Positions 36,722-46,616 of a DNA stretch of 64,000 nucleotides are shown piece by piece. The notes beneath the pieces are model-generated. The model saw nothing but the letters and a program-made list of their open reading frames with translations, was not told the origin of the DNA and ran no database searches. The position numbers were made by a program, and so were the translations under genes. Within the stretch, counting starts at the first letter, position 1; each line of letters starts with the position of its first letter. This DNA is from a virus, in IMG/VR virus record IMGVR_UViG_3300020473_000016; one strand, 5' to 3'.

Positions 36722-37164
36722 TGTTCTTTAAAATAGTCTTTCCTGTAGTAACGTCCTAAGATATTACTATTATAATATGCAGGTGTTCCATCGCTCAATG
36801 CTTCTGAAAGGACATTGTTGATGAATAACTGTTTAGTCTCCTCAAAATTTACTTTACCTTTGGTTGAGTGGAGCGATAAGATTTCTCGCTTAAAGATTTC
36901 TCTGCCCAATCTTTTAACATCGGACTTAAGTTCGTCAGAACTTCCGTAGTATTTTTTCCAGTCACTCTCACTCGTAACTCTCCGTTTACTTTTGCCACTT
37001 CGAGGCTTTCTACGACTGGTAAAATATTTTCTTCCGATGTATTTTTTGCCTGTCTGGAGATTAGTAATACAGTAGACGAAACCGAACTGATCGCCAATAT
37101 CGTCAGAAGTGAAAGGTTTACCCTCATATAGCCAGGGGTTTTCGTAAACTCTTTCGTCAACCAT
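36715..37164 (-). CDS. GIY-YIG endonuclease
   Basis: GFVYCITNLQTGKKYIGRK, WKKYYGSS, E..N. Confidence 0.85.
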   Translation of the reverse strand: MVDERVYENPWLYEGKPFTSDDIGDQFGFVYCITNLQTGKKYIGRKYFTSRRKPRSGKSKRRVTSESDWKKYYGSSDELKSDVKRLGREIFKREILSLHSTKGKVNFEETKQLFINNVLSEALSDGTPAYYNSNILGRYYRKDYFKEQC

Positions 37165-37193
37165 CTCATAATTTTCATTTCTTTATCTCCTAT

Positions 37194-37589
37194 TTATTGC
37201 CAATTAGTAACTGTTATTTCAATAGAATTATTATCCATTTCCCACTCCTCAGACACAGAATAACCATGCATCTGATTAATAGTATTATGTATAGTCATCC
37301 TAGCATACTGTTGAGTTACCTTGTCTATGAATCTACTTACTGGAACATCAAGATCCCAAGTAGAATGATCAGAGTATAGATCATAAGTCTCCGTCTTTTC
37401 GTTCCAACGAAACCCAATGTCATTTGACACAGCAACTTCTGCCCGAACCACAGGGTGATCCTCAGCATGATCAGGATTTGTAATAACGAGGTCTTGATCT
37501 TCTTTAACATTATACTGTAATAATTCTAATGCCTCAACTAATTGAGGTCTCTCTTTTATTTTAGTCTTAATCGTGCTGAAGTGTGACAT
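37194..37589 (-). CDS. ycf35: Ycf35 / DUF1257 protein
   Basis: MSHFSTIKTKI..L.EAL..L; DIGFRWN; VTQQYA; G(Y/F)SVSEE. Confidence 0.85.
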   Translation of the reverse strand: MSHFSTIKTKIKERPQLVEALELLQYNVKEDQDLVITNPDHAEDHPVVRAEVAVSNDIGFRWNEKTETYDLYSDHSTWDLDVPVSRFIDKVTQQYARMTIHNTINQMHGYSVSEEWEMDNNSIEITVTNWQ

Positions 37590-37761
37590 TTTCCTCTGTA
37601 GTAACGGTTTGATAATACTCTTGTGTTTCTTTTCTCCACTGGACAGTTCCTAATGTCTCCTCAATCTTTTCTGTAAGATCAAGACATTGTGTTCCTTTAA
37701 CACCCATAACCTCTTCAGTTACAGTACCGTCTTGTGCGATAACAAATTTAATTTTTTTCAT
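37567..37761 (-). CDS. DUF2997 protein
   Basis: IKFVIAQDGTVTEEVMGVKGTQCLDLTEKIEETLG..EYYQ. Confidence 0.85.
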   Translation of the reverse strand: MKKIKFVIAQDGTVTEEVMGVKGTQCLDLTEKIEETLGTVQWRKETQEYYQTVTTEENVTLQHD

Positions 37762-37975
37762 ATTGTTTAATACTCTCCTCCCATTCTTTTAGTGATGATT
37801 GACAATTTGGTGGTTCTGGTTCCTTATATCCCTTGATCTTTTTCCATTTGTTATATAGAGCTCCCATCACCCATGACTGGGATAGACTCTTGGGACCATT
37901 CTCAAGCAAATCTAACTCATACTTACTAGAAGTATATCCTTTGTACTCTTCTCTCCAGTTGGAATCGTCTACCAT
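37748..37975 (-). CDS. Conserved hypothetical protein
   Basis: WREEYK..ELDLLENGPKSLSQSW..EPPNCQSS. Confidence 0.6.
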   Translation of the reverse strand: MVDDSNWREEYKGYTSSKYELDLLENGPKSLSQSWVMGALYNKWKKIKGYKEPEPPNCQSSLKEWEESIKQYEKN

Positions 37976-38556
37976 GCCCATGATACTCCTGAATATCTCT
38001 TTCCTTTTGTTGCTTCAGTCACACCATGTGGAAAAAAGAAATTAGAAGGGAACATAACAATATCACCCTTACCTAACTTGATCACATTATCTTTCCAGAA
38101 ATATAAATCAGCACCTTCATAGTCATCATTAAAATTCATAATAAAACTAAGTACTGGCACTCCTTTTTGTGTACCATCAAATAATGAATGAATATGATCA
38201 AAATGTTGACGCATGATCTGACCAGGTGAGTATCTATTAAAACGAACCTGACAAAAGTTATTCATTACATTTGGAGATCCATCACCAAATGTAAAAAATG
38301 CATAATTTTTTTCATATTTTCTACCAGCTTCTATTATAAATTTCCCTAATTGTTTTTGCAATTCTAGAGTAGCACCCTGAATATCAAGCTCCATCTTTTC
38401 TTCAGAATGATATGAATCTTTGTGAACATTATACCACTTATGAGGTATCCACTCTCTCGATTCTATATCTTTAACAATAACATCACAAATATCAGCAGGA
38501 ATAATCTTTTCTGCTACGTAAATACATTCATGTAATTTAGTATCAGGTTTGTTCAT
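37969..38556 (-). CDS. 2OG-Fe(II) oxygenase, prolyl-4-hydroxylase-like
   Basis: RFNRY..MRQHFD, LSFIMNFNDDYEGADL, FPSNFFFPHGV..G.RYS. Confidence 0.88.
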   Translation of the reverse strand: MNKPDTKLHECIYVAEKIIPADICDVIVKDIESREWIPHKWYNVHKDSYHSEEKMELDIQGATLELQKQLGKFIIEAGRKYEKNYAFFTFGDGSPNVMNNFCQVRFNRYSPGQIMRQHFDHIHSLFDGTQKGVPVLSFIMNFNDDYEGADLYFWKDNVIKLGKGDIVMFPSNFFFPHGVTEATKGKRYSGVSWAW

Positions 38557-39698
38557 AGTTTAAAACCAGCAAAAGTATCCTTCTTAACATCCTGTTTGAT
38601 GCTACCAACAACATATGATTCAACCTCTGTCTCTTGTGGTGCAACCTGCATACCTTTAGAAGATAACCAGTGTGCTGTCCATGGTAATGGATTGTTAGAG
38701 ATAGGAGTGTCGAAGATTGCATCGAGACCAATTGATTTTAACCTACGATTAGCAGTCCATTCAACATACTTTTGTAGTAATTTATCATTGAGTCCTATAA
38801 TAGAACCATCTTTAAATAAGTACTCAGCCCATGCCTTCTCTTCTTCTACTGCTGTACGGAACATCTGATAGACATTCTCCTCTTCTTCTTTAGCAATGAC
38901 AACCATCTCTGGATCATCACCTTCCTTCCACTTATTTAATATATTTTGAGAGACAACCATGTGTTGTGACTCATCTCTTGCTATCAATGATATGATCTTA
39001 GCAGAACCTTCAAGTAACTTAAGCTCGCCAAAAGCGAAACTACAAGCAAAAGAGACATAAAACCTAATTCCTTCCAGTATATAAACATTGGCAACTGCCT
39101 TATAGAGTGATCTTTTTAAATCTTTACGTGTCCATTCTGAATTGGGATGACTCCTCATATCATCTTTCCAACTGTTACTCTGACCATACTCCTGTGCATA
39201 ATTAATGAACTCATCGTATGCTCTGGTCACTGACTCAGCACGTGCAAGGATCTGCTCATCCTCCAAGATAGTATCAAAGACCTCAGATGGATCTGGATAT
39301 ACATTCTTAATTATATGTGTGTATGATCTACTATGGATCATCTCCATAGTCTGCCATATGTTCATACAACCTTCCAATTCAGGTAAAGAAACATAAGGAG
39401 CAAACGCCATACCAGGCCCACGTCCTTGAACAGAGTCAAGTAAGATTTGATACTTAAGATTACTTGAAAATATATGTTTCTGTGCAGCATTTAGTGTTTG
39501 ATAATCAGCACGATCCTTTTGTAAGGAAACTTCTTCTGGTCTCCAAAAGAAACCTAACTGTGTCTGTGTTAACTTATCGAAGATAGGATACTTAAACTTA
39601 TCATATCTTTGTACTCCTAATGGAGGACCAAAGAACATTTGTCCTTTGGTAGTATCTACCTGATTCGTATTGAATACAGTCATACCAGTTATATCCAT
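38553..39698 (-). CDS. nrdB: Ribonucleotide reductase class Ia beta subunit
   Basis: FFWRPEEV, QILLDSVQGR, EMIHSRSY, LEGIRFYVSFA, RDESQH; SD GGAGGA. Confidence 0.97.
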   Translation of the reverse strand: MDITGMTVFNTNQVDTTKGQMFFGPPLGVQRYDKFKYPIFDKLTQTQLGFFWRPEEVSLQKDRADYQTLNAAQKHIFSSNLKYQILLDSVQGRGPGMAFAPYVSLPELEGCMNIWQTMEMIHSRSYTHIIKNVYPDPSEVFDTILEDEQILARAESVTRAYDEFINYAQEYGQSNSWKDDMRSHPNSEWTRKDLKRSLYKAVANVYILEGIRFYVSFACSFAFGELKLLEGSAKIISLIARDESQHMVVSQNILNKWKEGDDPEMVVIAKEEEENVYQMFRTAVEEEKAWAEYLFKDGSIIGLNDKLLQKYVEWTANRRLKSIGLDAIFDTPISNNPLPWTAHWLSSKGMQVAPQETEVESYVVGSIKQDVKKDTFAGFKL

Positions 39699-39708
39699 AT
39701 GTTCCTCC

Positions 39709-42018
39709 TTAGATTTTGCAGCTGTCACAATCGTCCTCCTCCATTTCAAATATACCTTCTAGTAGATCTTTAATGTCTTCTTTAGTTGTTTCTTCAACTA
39801 CATCTGATTTAGAATCATATGTATTCTGATAGTAAGAAGTCTTCCAACCATATTTAAAGGTTGTCAATAAATCCTGTGCCATTACTGATACAGGAACTTC
39901 AGAATTGTCATAATGCTGTGGGTTATAACTCCAGTTTCCAGAAATTGCTTGATCAAAGAACTTCTGCATAACAGCAACAATATTAATATACCCAGTGTTC
40001 CCAGACATATCCCAAAGCAACGTGTAATTGTTCTTAAGGGTTGCGTACTGTGGTACAACTTGTTTGAGAGGTCCCTTCTTAGACTTCTTCGTTGAGATAA
40101 GATCTCTGGGTGGTTCAATGCCATTCGTAGCATTACTGACGACTGAAGAAGACTCGGATGGCATCTGTGCAGATAAGGTGCTATGTCGTAGACCGAATTC
40201 AACAATGCTTTGTCGAAGCTCTTCCCAGTCATGTTTAAGTTCATTCGCAACCAGTTCATCTACATCTTTTTTGTAAGTGTCGATTGGGAGGATACCGTCT
40301 GCATACTTGGTGCGATCAAAAGCTCCGCACTTCCCTTTCTCTTTTGCGATTGCGTTACTTGACTTGAGCAAGTAGTACTGGAAACTTTCAGACAAGTCGT
40401 GTACGAGTTTCCATGCTTCTGGGTCTTCATATTTTACTCCGTTCTTTGCTAGGTAATGTGCTAATCCAATATAACCAATACCAAGAGAACGTCTTGCAAT
40501 AGTACTTCTCTCTGCTGCCTTCACTGGGTAGTGTTGGTAGTCAATTAACTCTTCTAATCCACGTACAGATAGGTCACAGAGTTCTTCCATCTCATCTAGG
40601 TTACGTAGTTTACCTACGTTAATAGCAGATAGAATACACAATGCAATCTCACCATCACCATCAATGTGTTGGATAGGATCTGTTGGTAGTGTAATCTCCT
40701 GACAGAGGTTACTCATACTTACCTTATCTTTGAATGATGAGTGATCATTACAGTGGTCTATATTCATGATGTAAATACGACCAGTCTCTGCTCTCTCCTT
40801 AAGGAGATCTAGGATGAGCTCTTGTGCTCCAATAGTTTTTCTTGGGATTCTTGAATCTGCTTCAGCAGCAACATATTGCTCATCAAAGGATGGAGTACCA
40901 AAAGACTCGTAAAGCCCAGGAACATGATGAGGACTGAAGAGACTAACATCCTCGTTAGCGATGAATCGTTCATAAAATAATTTTGAAATTTGTATACTGT
41001 AGTCAAGTTTTCTGACCCTATTATCCTCAGTACCTTTATTGTTCTTGAGGACAAGGATGTCTTCTATTTCTTGATGCCAGATTGGGAAGTGGACTGTCGC
41101 TGATCCACCTCTGATGCCATTTTGAGTGCAACATCTGACAGTGCTCTCAAATTTTTTGAGAAACGGGACGACACCCGTGTGTTGAACTTCACCGCCCCTG
41201 ATCTTAGAGTTGATCCCACGTATTCTACCTGCGTTGATGCCAATTCCCGCCCTTTGAGCAACGTATTTACCAATAGCCATGTCACTGCTGAAGATGCTGT
41301 CAAGCGTGTCATCAGCATCAACGAGAACACAGGAGGCAAATTGTCTAATGGGAGTTCGCACCCCTGCCATGACTGGTGTTGGGATGTTGATTTTGTGTTT
41401 TGAGATTGATTCGTAGTATCTTCTGACATAATCGAGTCTATTATCTCCGTAGTTTCTGAACAATGTAGCAGCAATCATCATGTACATATACTGAGGAGTC
41501 TCATATACCTCTCCAGTACTTCTATCCTGTACAAGATACTTGTCAACGATTTGACGTAGACCTGCATAAGTGAATAGAAGATCACGACTATGATCTATCC
41601 AAGAGTTGATCTTATCCCACTCTTCTTCACTATACTTATCTATAATTTCTCCATCATATATGCCACGCTCCACACACTCCTTAGCATGGTCTAAAATAGG
41701 TGGATGACTTTTGACCCACGTTGATCCAAAGACCTGCTTTTTAAGACCAAATAGAAGCAATCTAGCAGCAGCAAATTGATAGTTAGGTTGTTCAATACTA
41801 ATAAGATCACTAGCAGAACGAACTAAAATTTCTTGTATGTCCTTAGTCTGAATTCCATCAAAGAATTGCAGACCAGAGTTCATTTCTATCTGAGAGGCAC
41901 TCACACCGCTTCCCAGACCTTCGCAAGCTTCTTCTGTCATCTTATGAACCTTCTCAAGGTTTAACCCCTCGATAGATCCATTTCTCTTACGTACTTTTAT
42001 ATCTGTACCATTGGTCAT
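39709..42018 (-). CDS. nrdA: Ribonucleotide reductase class Ia alpha subunit
   Basis: ATP cone, PTPVMAGVRT..QFASCVL, SNLCQEI, ALCILSA, MPSESSS, C-terminal CDSCKI. Confidence 0.98.
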   Translation of the reverse strand: MTNGTDIKVRKRNGSIEGLNLEKVHKMTEEACEGLGSGVSASQIEMNSGLQFFDGIQTKDIQEILVRSASDLISIEQPNYQFAAARLLLFGLKKQVFGSTWVKSHPPILDHAKECVERGIYDGEIIDKYSEEEWDKINSWIDHSRDLLFTYAGLRQIVDKYLVQDRSTGEVYETPQYMYMMIAATLFRNYGDNRLDYVRRYYESISKHKINIPTPVMAGVRTPIRQFASCVLVDADDTLDSIFSSDMAIGKYVAQRAGIGINAGRIRGINSKIRGGEVQHTGVVPFLKKFESTVRCCTQNGIRGGSATVHFPIWHQEIEDILVLKNNKGTEDNRVRKLDYSIQISKLFYERFIANEDVSLFSPHHVPGLYESFGTPSFDEQYVAAEADSRIPRKTIGAQELILDLLKERAETGRIYIMNIDHCNDHSSFKDKVSMSNLCQEITLPTDPIQHIDGDGEIALCILSAINVGKLRNLDEMEELCDLSVRGLEELIDYQHYPVKAAERSTIARRSLGIGYIGLAHYLAKNGVKYEDPEAWKLVHDLSESFQYYLLKSSNAIAKEKGKCGAFDRTKYADGILPIDTYKKDVDELVANELKHDWEELRQSIVEFGLRHSTLSAQMPSESSSVVSNATNGIEPPRDLISTKKSKKGPLKQVVPQYATLKNNYTLLWDMSGNTGYINIVAVMQKFFDQAISGNWSYNPQHYDNSEVPVSVMAQDLLTTFKYGWKTSYYQNTYDSKSDVVEETTKEDIKDLLEGIFEMEEDDCDSCKI

Positions 42019-43004
42019 ACTTTTTTCCAGTCGTTTATTTTAAGGTTTGCTTCTAATTTCTGATATACATGTGATTCTACCACCTTCTGCACATCATGTC
42101 CAGCAAGAGACATATCGTTTATGTCCTTTTCCTGTATATTTTTAGGCCAAATGACTACCTTATCTCCTCTGTCGATTGACTTGGAGATTCGGTTGACGAT
42201 CTCTCTGTTACGTGGCTCGTTATCATATACCCAAATATAATTGCCCCAGCCAAACGTCCGAATATCAACATCAGACCCAGCCATCGCAACGGAATTCTGA
42301 ATGAAGGTACTGTCAAACGGTCCTTCAACAATGTAAATCGGTTCTTCATAATTTATTCTATCCTGTCCAAAGATTTTAGGTTTGTCTTCATCAAGCATGA
42401 TCGTAATGTATCTCATCTTTGCCGTAGGGGCTAGCGATCTGCCTTGATATCCGAAGAGGTTACCGTCTTTATCCCTGAAAGGTATTATAATTCGAGGACC
42501 GTCTTGTCTCAGATTGTCAAAGGTTTTCTTCTGTTTGTTAGTCCATGCTTTAAATTTGGGACAATAATAGAAGTAGTCTAAGTCTTTGATTTTTCTGTCT
42601 TCAAGATATTTTCTTGCTGGATGTTCTTTATTTAGATCTGAGATTTTTTCTAGATCTATGTCAGATTTTTTAAAAACTGGAGGAGTAAATTTAAAGTCTG
42701 GATTTTTTGTAGTTGTACCCTTACCTGTCTGTCCATGAGAAAATTTCTCCATGATATATTGATCATAGAGAATACGATCTTGGTCTTTTAAGAAGTTTGA
42801 GAATGTTCTACCAAGACCACAGTTGTGACACTTGAATACATATCCACTCTTCATCTCAAACAGATATCCTCGTGCCTTATTCTTATGCTTCTGCGAGTCT
42901 CCACAGTAAGGACACCTAAAATTAAAAAGGTTCGACTTCTTTTGTTTAAAAAGAGTCAAACGCGAAGATATTCTGTTTATGTAATTCCCATCAATATAGG
43001 ACAT
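42015..43004 (-). CDS. gp61: DNA primase
   Basis: NFRCPYCGDS..CHNC zinc finger; IVEGPFDS Toprim; YDNEPRN. Confidence 0.95.
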   Translation of the reverse strand: MSYIDGNYINRISSRLTLFKQKKSNLFNFRCPYCGDSQKHKNKARGYLFEMKSGYVFKCHNCGLGRTFSNFLKDQDRILYDQYIMEKFSHGQTGKGTTTKNPDFKFTPPVFKKSDIDLEKISDLNKEHPARKYLEDRKIKDLDYFYYCPKFKAWTNKQKKTFDNLRQDGPRIIIPFRDKDGNLFGYQGRSLAPTAKMRYITIMLDEDKPKIFGQDRINYEEPIYIVEGPFDSTFIQNSVAMAGSDVDIRTFGWGNYIWVYDNEPRNREIVNRISKSIDRGDKVVIWPKNIQEKDINDMSLAGHDVQKVVESHVYQKLEANLKINDWKKV

Positions 43005-43010
43005 TCACCC

Positions 43011-43421
43011 CTACGAGACTTGTGATGGGTATATCATAGTAGTTTTTTGTGGATTTGTCAATCCTGCTTGTGACGATTCAAATATCGGTCTAATGATTTT
43101 TTGTCCGACTGGACTAACGAGGAAAGATATAATAGAAAGAGCACCAAAAATAGACCACATTTTCTTTTCCATGACTCTAAGACGGTCATCGACTTTTCTG
43201 ATGTCACGCTCACACCCCTTTTTAATTAACTCTGTTTCTCTATCAAGTGCTCTATGAAGACTATCAATCTTCTCGAACAAAACACCATCAATTTGATCTT
43301 GTTTATCTAATTTCTCATTGTGGACAGCAAGAAGCTGCCCCATCTTTATAGAATTTTCTTGGAGAGTATTAACTACTTTCTCCAGCCGCTCAAGAATAGC
43401 GGTGTTAATACCCTCAGCCAT
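43011..43421 (-). CDS. Coiled-coil protein with C-terminal TM
   Basis: LAVHNEKL..RLRVMEKKMWSIFGALSIISFLV. Confidence 0.65.
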   Translation of the reverse strand: MAEGINTAILERLEKVVNTLQENSIKMGQLLAVHNEKLDKQDQIDGVLFEKIDSLHRALDRETELIKKGCERDIRKVDDRLRVMEKKMWSIFGALSIISFLVSPVGQKIIRPIFESSQAGLTNPQKTTMIYPSQVS

Positions 43422-43433
43422 ACTACCCTCTAC

Positions 43434-44150
43434 TTAAACGTGGCGTATAGCAAAATCCAAAGCACTCTGATAAGTAGCAGCATCTTTGTTCAGCATATAC
43501 TGAAACTGTTGCTTGTGAGTGTCATCTAACTGTCCATATACAGCAGCAATTCTCTTGGCAGAGAAGTTATCTAAATTCTGTACTCCACCATCGCTAAATT
43601 GAATCTTAGCAAATGACTCTGGTGCATTTGATAGTTCACTAGTTGCAACATCTAAAGCAACTTGAACAACATCATTATGATTTTCCATAATATTATTACC
43701 TGTAGGTTCTACATGATCTCTCTTCAATTTTTTTGTTTGATCTTGTGCTTTCTTTTTAAAATCTGACATGCGAGCCTTCATAAGGATATCCATTTCCTTA
43801 GTCTTACTCTGCATTTTTTCTTTTGCTTCCTTACGTTTCTTTTGAAGCTCCTTAGAACGACCCAACTTTTTCTTCTGGGCAATTTGTTTCTGTGCTCTCT
43901 CAGTCTCAGACGAAACAGCCTCAGGAATTATTTTTTCTTCAACTTGTTCTTTCATTTTTCTTTTTTGTATACGTGTAAAGAGAGCTTTTGCACCTGATGT
44001 ACGACCATCTACCTTATCACCATTGTTCTTCTTCATGCGACGATGAACTCTGGGTTGGACAATTACAAAAGCAGGAGGCAAAGCAACACCACTGCCGTCA
44101 CCAGCAGAGTTAATTTCTTCATCTATATTAGATTCAATTGCTTTAGACAT
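43434..44150 (-). CDS. Conserved hypothetical protein
   Basis: DGRTSGAK, basic coiled coil, NLDNFSAKRI..LD. Confidence 0.65.
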   Translation of the reverse strand: MSKAIESNIDEEINSAGDGSGVALPPAFVIVQPRVHRRMKKNNGDKVDGRTSGAKALFTRIQKRKMKEQVEEKIIPEAVSSETERAQKQIAQKKKLGRSKELQKKRKEAKEKMQSKTKEMDILMKARMSDFKKKAQDQTKKLKRDHVEPTGNNIMENHNDVVQVALDVATSELSNAPESFAKIQFSDGGVQNLDNFSAKRIAAVYGQLDDTHKQQFQYMLNKDAATYQSALDFAIRHV

Positions 44151-44479
44151 TCTGTATCAACTTCCTCATTAAGTTCAGGTGGTAATCTATCGAGAAACAA
44201 CATGAAAGCCTTGATTATAGACCAATAAGTTGCTTCTACTTTATAAAACAACAACGGAGTTGCTGCGTCACCAAACACATTATATAGAACTATAACATGA
44301 TTTAGTATAAGATGAGTTTTTAACTCATTCGTCATCTTGTAACGTCTCAAGAGTCTTTTGATGTACTTAAATCTCTTTAAGTCCTCTTCAAAGTCTGAGT
44401 ATGTTACTGATGATGGGTTGTTATAATTTTGAATAGCAAAGAATAACCAATTTTCATGGTCCAGTTCACGAATGTTCAT
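44123..44479 (-). CDS. Conserved T4-like hypothetical protein
   Basis: FEEDLKRFKYIKRLL..LILNHVIVLYNVFG motif. Confidence 0.75.
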   Translation of the reverse strand: MNIRELDHENWLFFAIQNYNNPSSVTYSDFEEDLKRFKYIKRLLRRYKMTNELKTHLILNHVIVLYNVFGDAATPLLFYKVEATYWSIIKAFMLFLDRLPPELNEEVDTECLKQLNLI

Positions 44480-44484
44480 TTACA

Positions 44485-45312
44485 TTATGATGAGAATGTT
44501 AAGGTTCCTGCTCCATTAGAGATAACTTCTTCTGTACCATTAGCAGATGTGATCTTAACTCTATAGTTTTGACCATCTAATGTATCATTAGCAAGTCCAC
44601 TGTATGCAAGAGTTGCAGTAGCGAAATCAGCGTATGTGATACCTGTGTCAAGGTTAGCAGTGATGTTAACCCAACGCTTAGTACCTGCCTTCTGACGTTG
44701 CCAAACATAAGCAAGTGTTCCAGGTGTACCAGTTGTACTTGTAGTAACTGCGAATGTTCCAGCACCAGAACTAGAAGAAGAATTACCAGGTTGTCCAGTG
44801 ATAGTTACAGCAGATGCAACATCAGCAGCGATAGTATCATCAGCAAGGTCACCAGATACACTAGATGCAACTGTGACTGCTGCTATACATTCAGCTTTAT
44901 GGCGTGTGTTACCAGCATGATCCGTAAAGGAACGATACTGCCACCAACCAGGTCCGTTTATACCACGTGATTTGTTCTCAGCAAGAGAACCTTCTGTTGC
45001 GTCAGCAAACACAAGGTCATAACTGTTACTATCACCACCCAGTATAACGAATTCCGCAACTGCTCTTGGAGGTGTACGCTTGATTACTTTAGCAGCAGCA
45101 AGAGTATTATTAGTAGCTCCTGCATATACTTTGTGTAATTCAATACTTGTTGTACTTGTTATAGTCTTAACGATGTAATTAACACCATCAATTTCAAGTA
45201 CATCACCACCAACTACTGTGTCGGCAGCGTTCTTTGTTACTGTTGCGTCGTTTTGAGTGACAGCAACTGTGTTTGAGAATGCAGCAGCATCCGTAGTTCC
45301 AAAAACAGCCAT
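44485..45312 (-). CDS. Virion structural protein (Ig-like C-terminus)
   Basis: Late promoter upstream; GINGPGWW, RHKAEC, YVWQRQ..NYRVKI. Confidence 0.65.
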   Translation of the reverse strand: MAVFGTTDAAAFSNTVAVTQNDATVTKNAADTVVGGDVLEIDGVNYIVKTITSTTSIELHKVYAGATNNTLAAAKVIKRTPPRAVAEFVILGGDSNSYDLVFADATEGSLAENKSRGINGPGWWQYRSFTDHAGNTRHKAECIAAVTVASSVSGDLADDTIAADVASAVTITGQPGNSSSSSGAGTFAVTTSTTGTPGTLAYVWQRQKAGTKRWVNITANLDTGITYADFATATLAYSGLANDTLDGQNYRVKITSANGTEEVISNGAGTLTFSS

Positions 45313-45346
45313 CTTTTTTTCCTGGTCAAGGTATAGTTCTAAGGTT

Positions 45347-45354
45347 TATTTATA
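45347..45354 (-). promoter_or_regulatory. T4 late promoter
   Basis: Exact TATAAATA. Confidence 0.75.
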
Positions 45355-45357
45355 ATC

Positions 45358-45546
45358 TTAAGACTCTAGTAACGCCTTTGCTACAGCAGCAACTAGTTCA
45401 TCATCTAGTTTATTCTCTGTTTTAGCAGCTGCTTTCTTAAGCAACTTAATTACAAAATCTTTTATTACTGAGTCTAAGTCATCAGGTATCTTATCAACTG
45501 CTTTGTTGATGATACTGATCGCGATAGGCATTAAAAAATTAATCAT
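45358..45546 (-). CDS. Small hypothetical protein
   Basis: LLKKAAAKTENKLDDELV motif. Confidence 0.6.
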   Translation of the reverse strand: MINFLMPIAISIINKAVDKIPDDLDSVIKDFVIKLLKKAAAKTENKLDDELVAAVAKALLES

Positions 45547-45567
45547 GATGATATGATGTAAGTAAGT

Positions 45568-45864
45568 TTATTTATGTAAGTTCTCAGACCCTCCAATATT
45601 ACACTCAACATCCGAGTGACAATTCTCTGATCCTCCTACTGAAAAGGGATTATATCTTGATGTTGCAATCCGATACATCTTCTCATGCATGGTTATATCA
45701 TCTGCTATATCTTCTTCTGGTCTAGGATTTTCGTATTCTTTTCTCATATCATCGTGTAGTCTTTCAACTGGGGTTTTATCTGTTGCCATAGGCCATTCAT
45801 CGTAAGGGTGTGGTACATCGTCAAACCACTCATCAAGTGGTAATCTGTGTAACGGTTCCTTCAT
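45568..45864 (-). CDS. Hypothetical protein
   Basis: 98 aa acidic ORF. Confidence 0.55.
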   Translation of the reverse strand: MKEPLHRLPLDEWFDDVPHPYDEWPMATDKTPVERLHDDMRKEYENPRPEEDIADDITMHEKMYRIATSRYNPFSVGGSENCHSDVECNIGGSENLHK

Positions 45865-45992
45865 TAGCTATTATCTGGTTTAGTAGTCATACCTTTCTCT
45901 CCATCTTTAATGGTAGGCATAACTTCAACCGTAGGTTTACGTTTCTCTTTCTTCTTTTTAGATTCTTCTAGGAATTGAGAGTAGGATTTCAT
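45864..45992 (-). CDS. Small hypothetical protein, 42 aa (absent from ORF track)
   Basis: Hand translation MKSYSQFLEESKKKKEKRKPTVEVMPTIKD..; TAATG coupling. Confidence 0.55.
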   Translation of the reverse strand: MKSYSQFLEESKKKKEKRKPTVEVMPTIKDGEKGMTTKPDNS

Positions 45993-45993
45993 T

Positions 45994-46407
45994 CTAATAA
46001 CCCTTACTCTTACTCTTTTTATATCCTTTCTGCCAACCTTTTCCTTTAATCTTTTCTATAACATATGTCTCACCATTTAATTCATACTCTTCTCTTTCTT
46101 CAACTTCCTCTGCATATCCATCTGAATCATAACTAGGGGCAGTTTCATTCTTACCAAGATAAGTTCCTTTCTCTATTTTTTTCTTTTTCTTTGTAGTATC
46201 TTCTATTTCTGCACCATTAGACTGAGGATCCATTCCAGAGAAAGGTTCTTCTGCTAATTGATCAGCAGATGGCATTTCAGTTCCTTGAAAAGTGTCTCCA
46301 TCCATCCAATTTTCATACATCTTCATGAGATTCTTTGCATACTCATCCTCAAACTGGACAGTATTAACAGGATCTTGGTACTTCATTGTCATTTTTATAC
46401 TCATCAA
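45994..46407 (-). CDS. Hypothetical protein
   Basis: 137 aa charged ORF. Confidence 0.6.
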   Translation of the reverse strand: MMSIKMTMKYQDPVNTVQFEDEYAKNLMKMYENWMDGDTFQGTEMPSADQLAEEPFSGMDPQSNGAEIEDTTKKKKKIEKGTYLGKNETAPSYDSDGYAEEVEEREEYELNGETYVIEKIKGKGWQKGYKKSKSKGY

Positions 46408-46616
46408 TTTCTATTTATAGCTCTAATATCCTTTACCCATGCACGAAACATCTCACCACTCTCAGTGACACAGATAACATAGTTCACACCTGACCTATGA
46501 ATCTTACCTTTCTGTCCTGTGTTGGCATTCATTACATAGTCACCCTCAACAAACACTTCCTTCTTACGGTAGTGCTGTCGTAGTGCTTGTTCACGTAGTT
46601 TCTTAAAGTCTTTCAT
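46404..46616 (-). CDS. Small SH3-like hypothetical protein
   Basis: FVEGDYV..GKIHRSGVNYVICVTE..FRAWVKD. Confidence 0.65.
   Translation of the reverse strand: MKDFKKLREQALRQHYRKKEVFVEGDYVMNANTGQKGKIHRSGVNYVICVTESGEMFRAWVKDIRAINRN

Noticed and set aside
36715-37164. GIY-YIG gene as a mobile homing endonuclease or intron ORF
   Set aside because: Short single domain with no DNA-binding tail; neighbouring genes are intact and no intron structure is visible
38553-39749. nrdB N-terminal extension overlapping nrdA
   Set aside because: Strong SD GGAGGA before the ATG at 39698 gives a normal start
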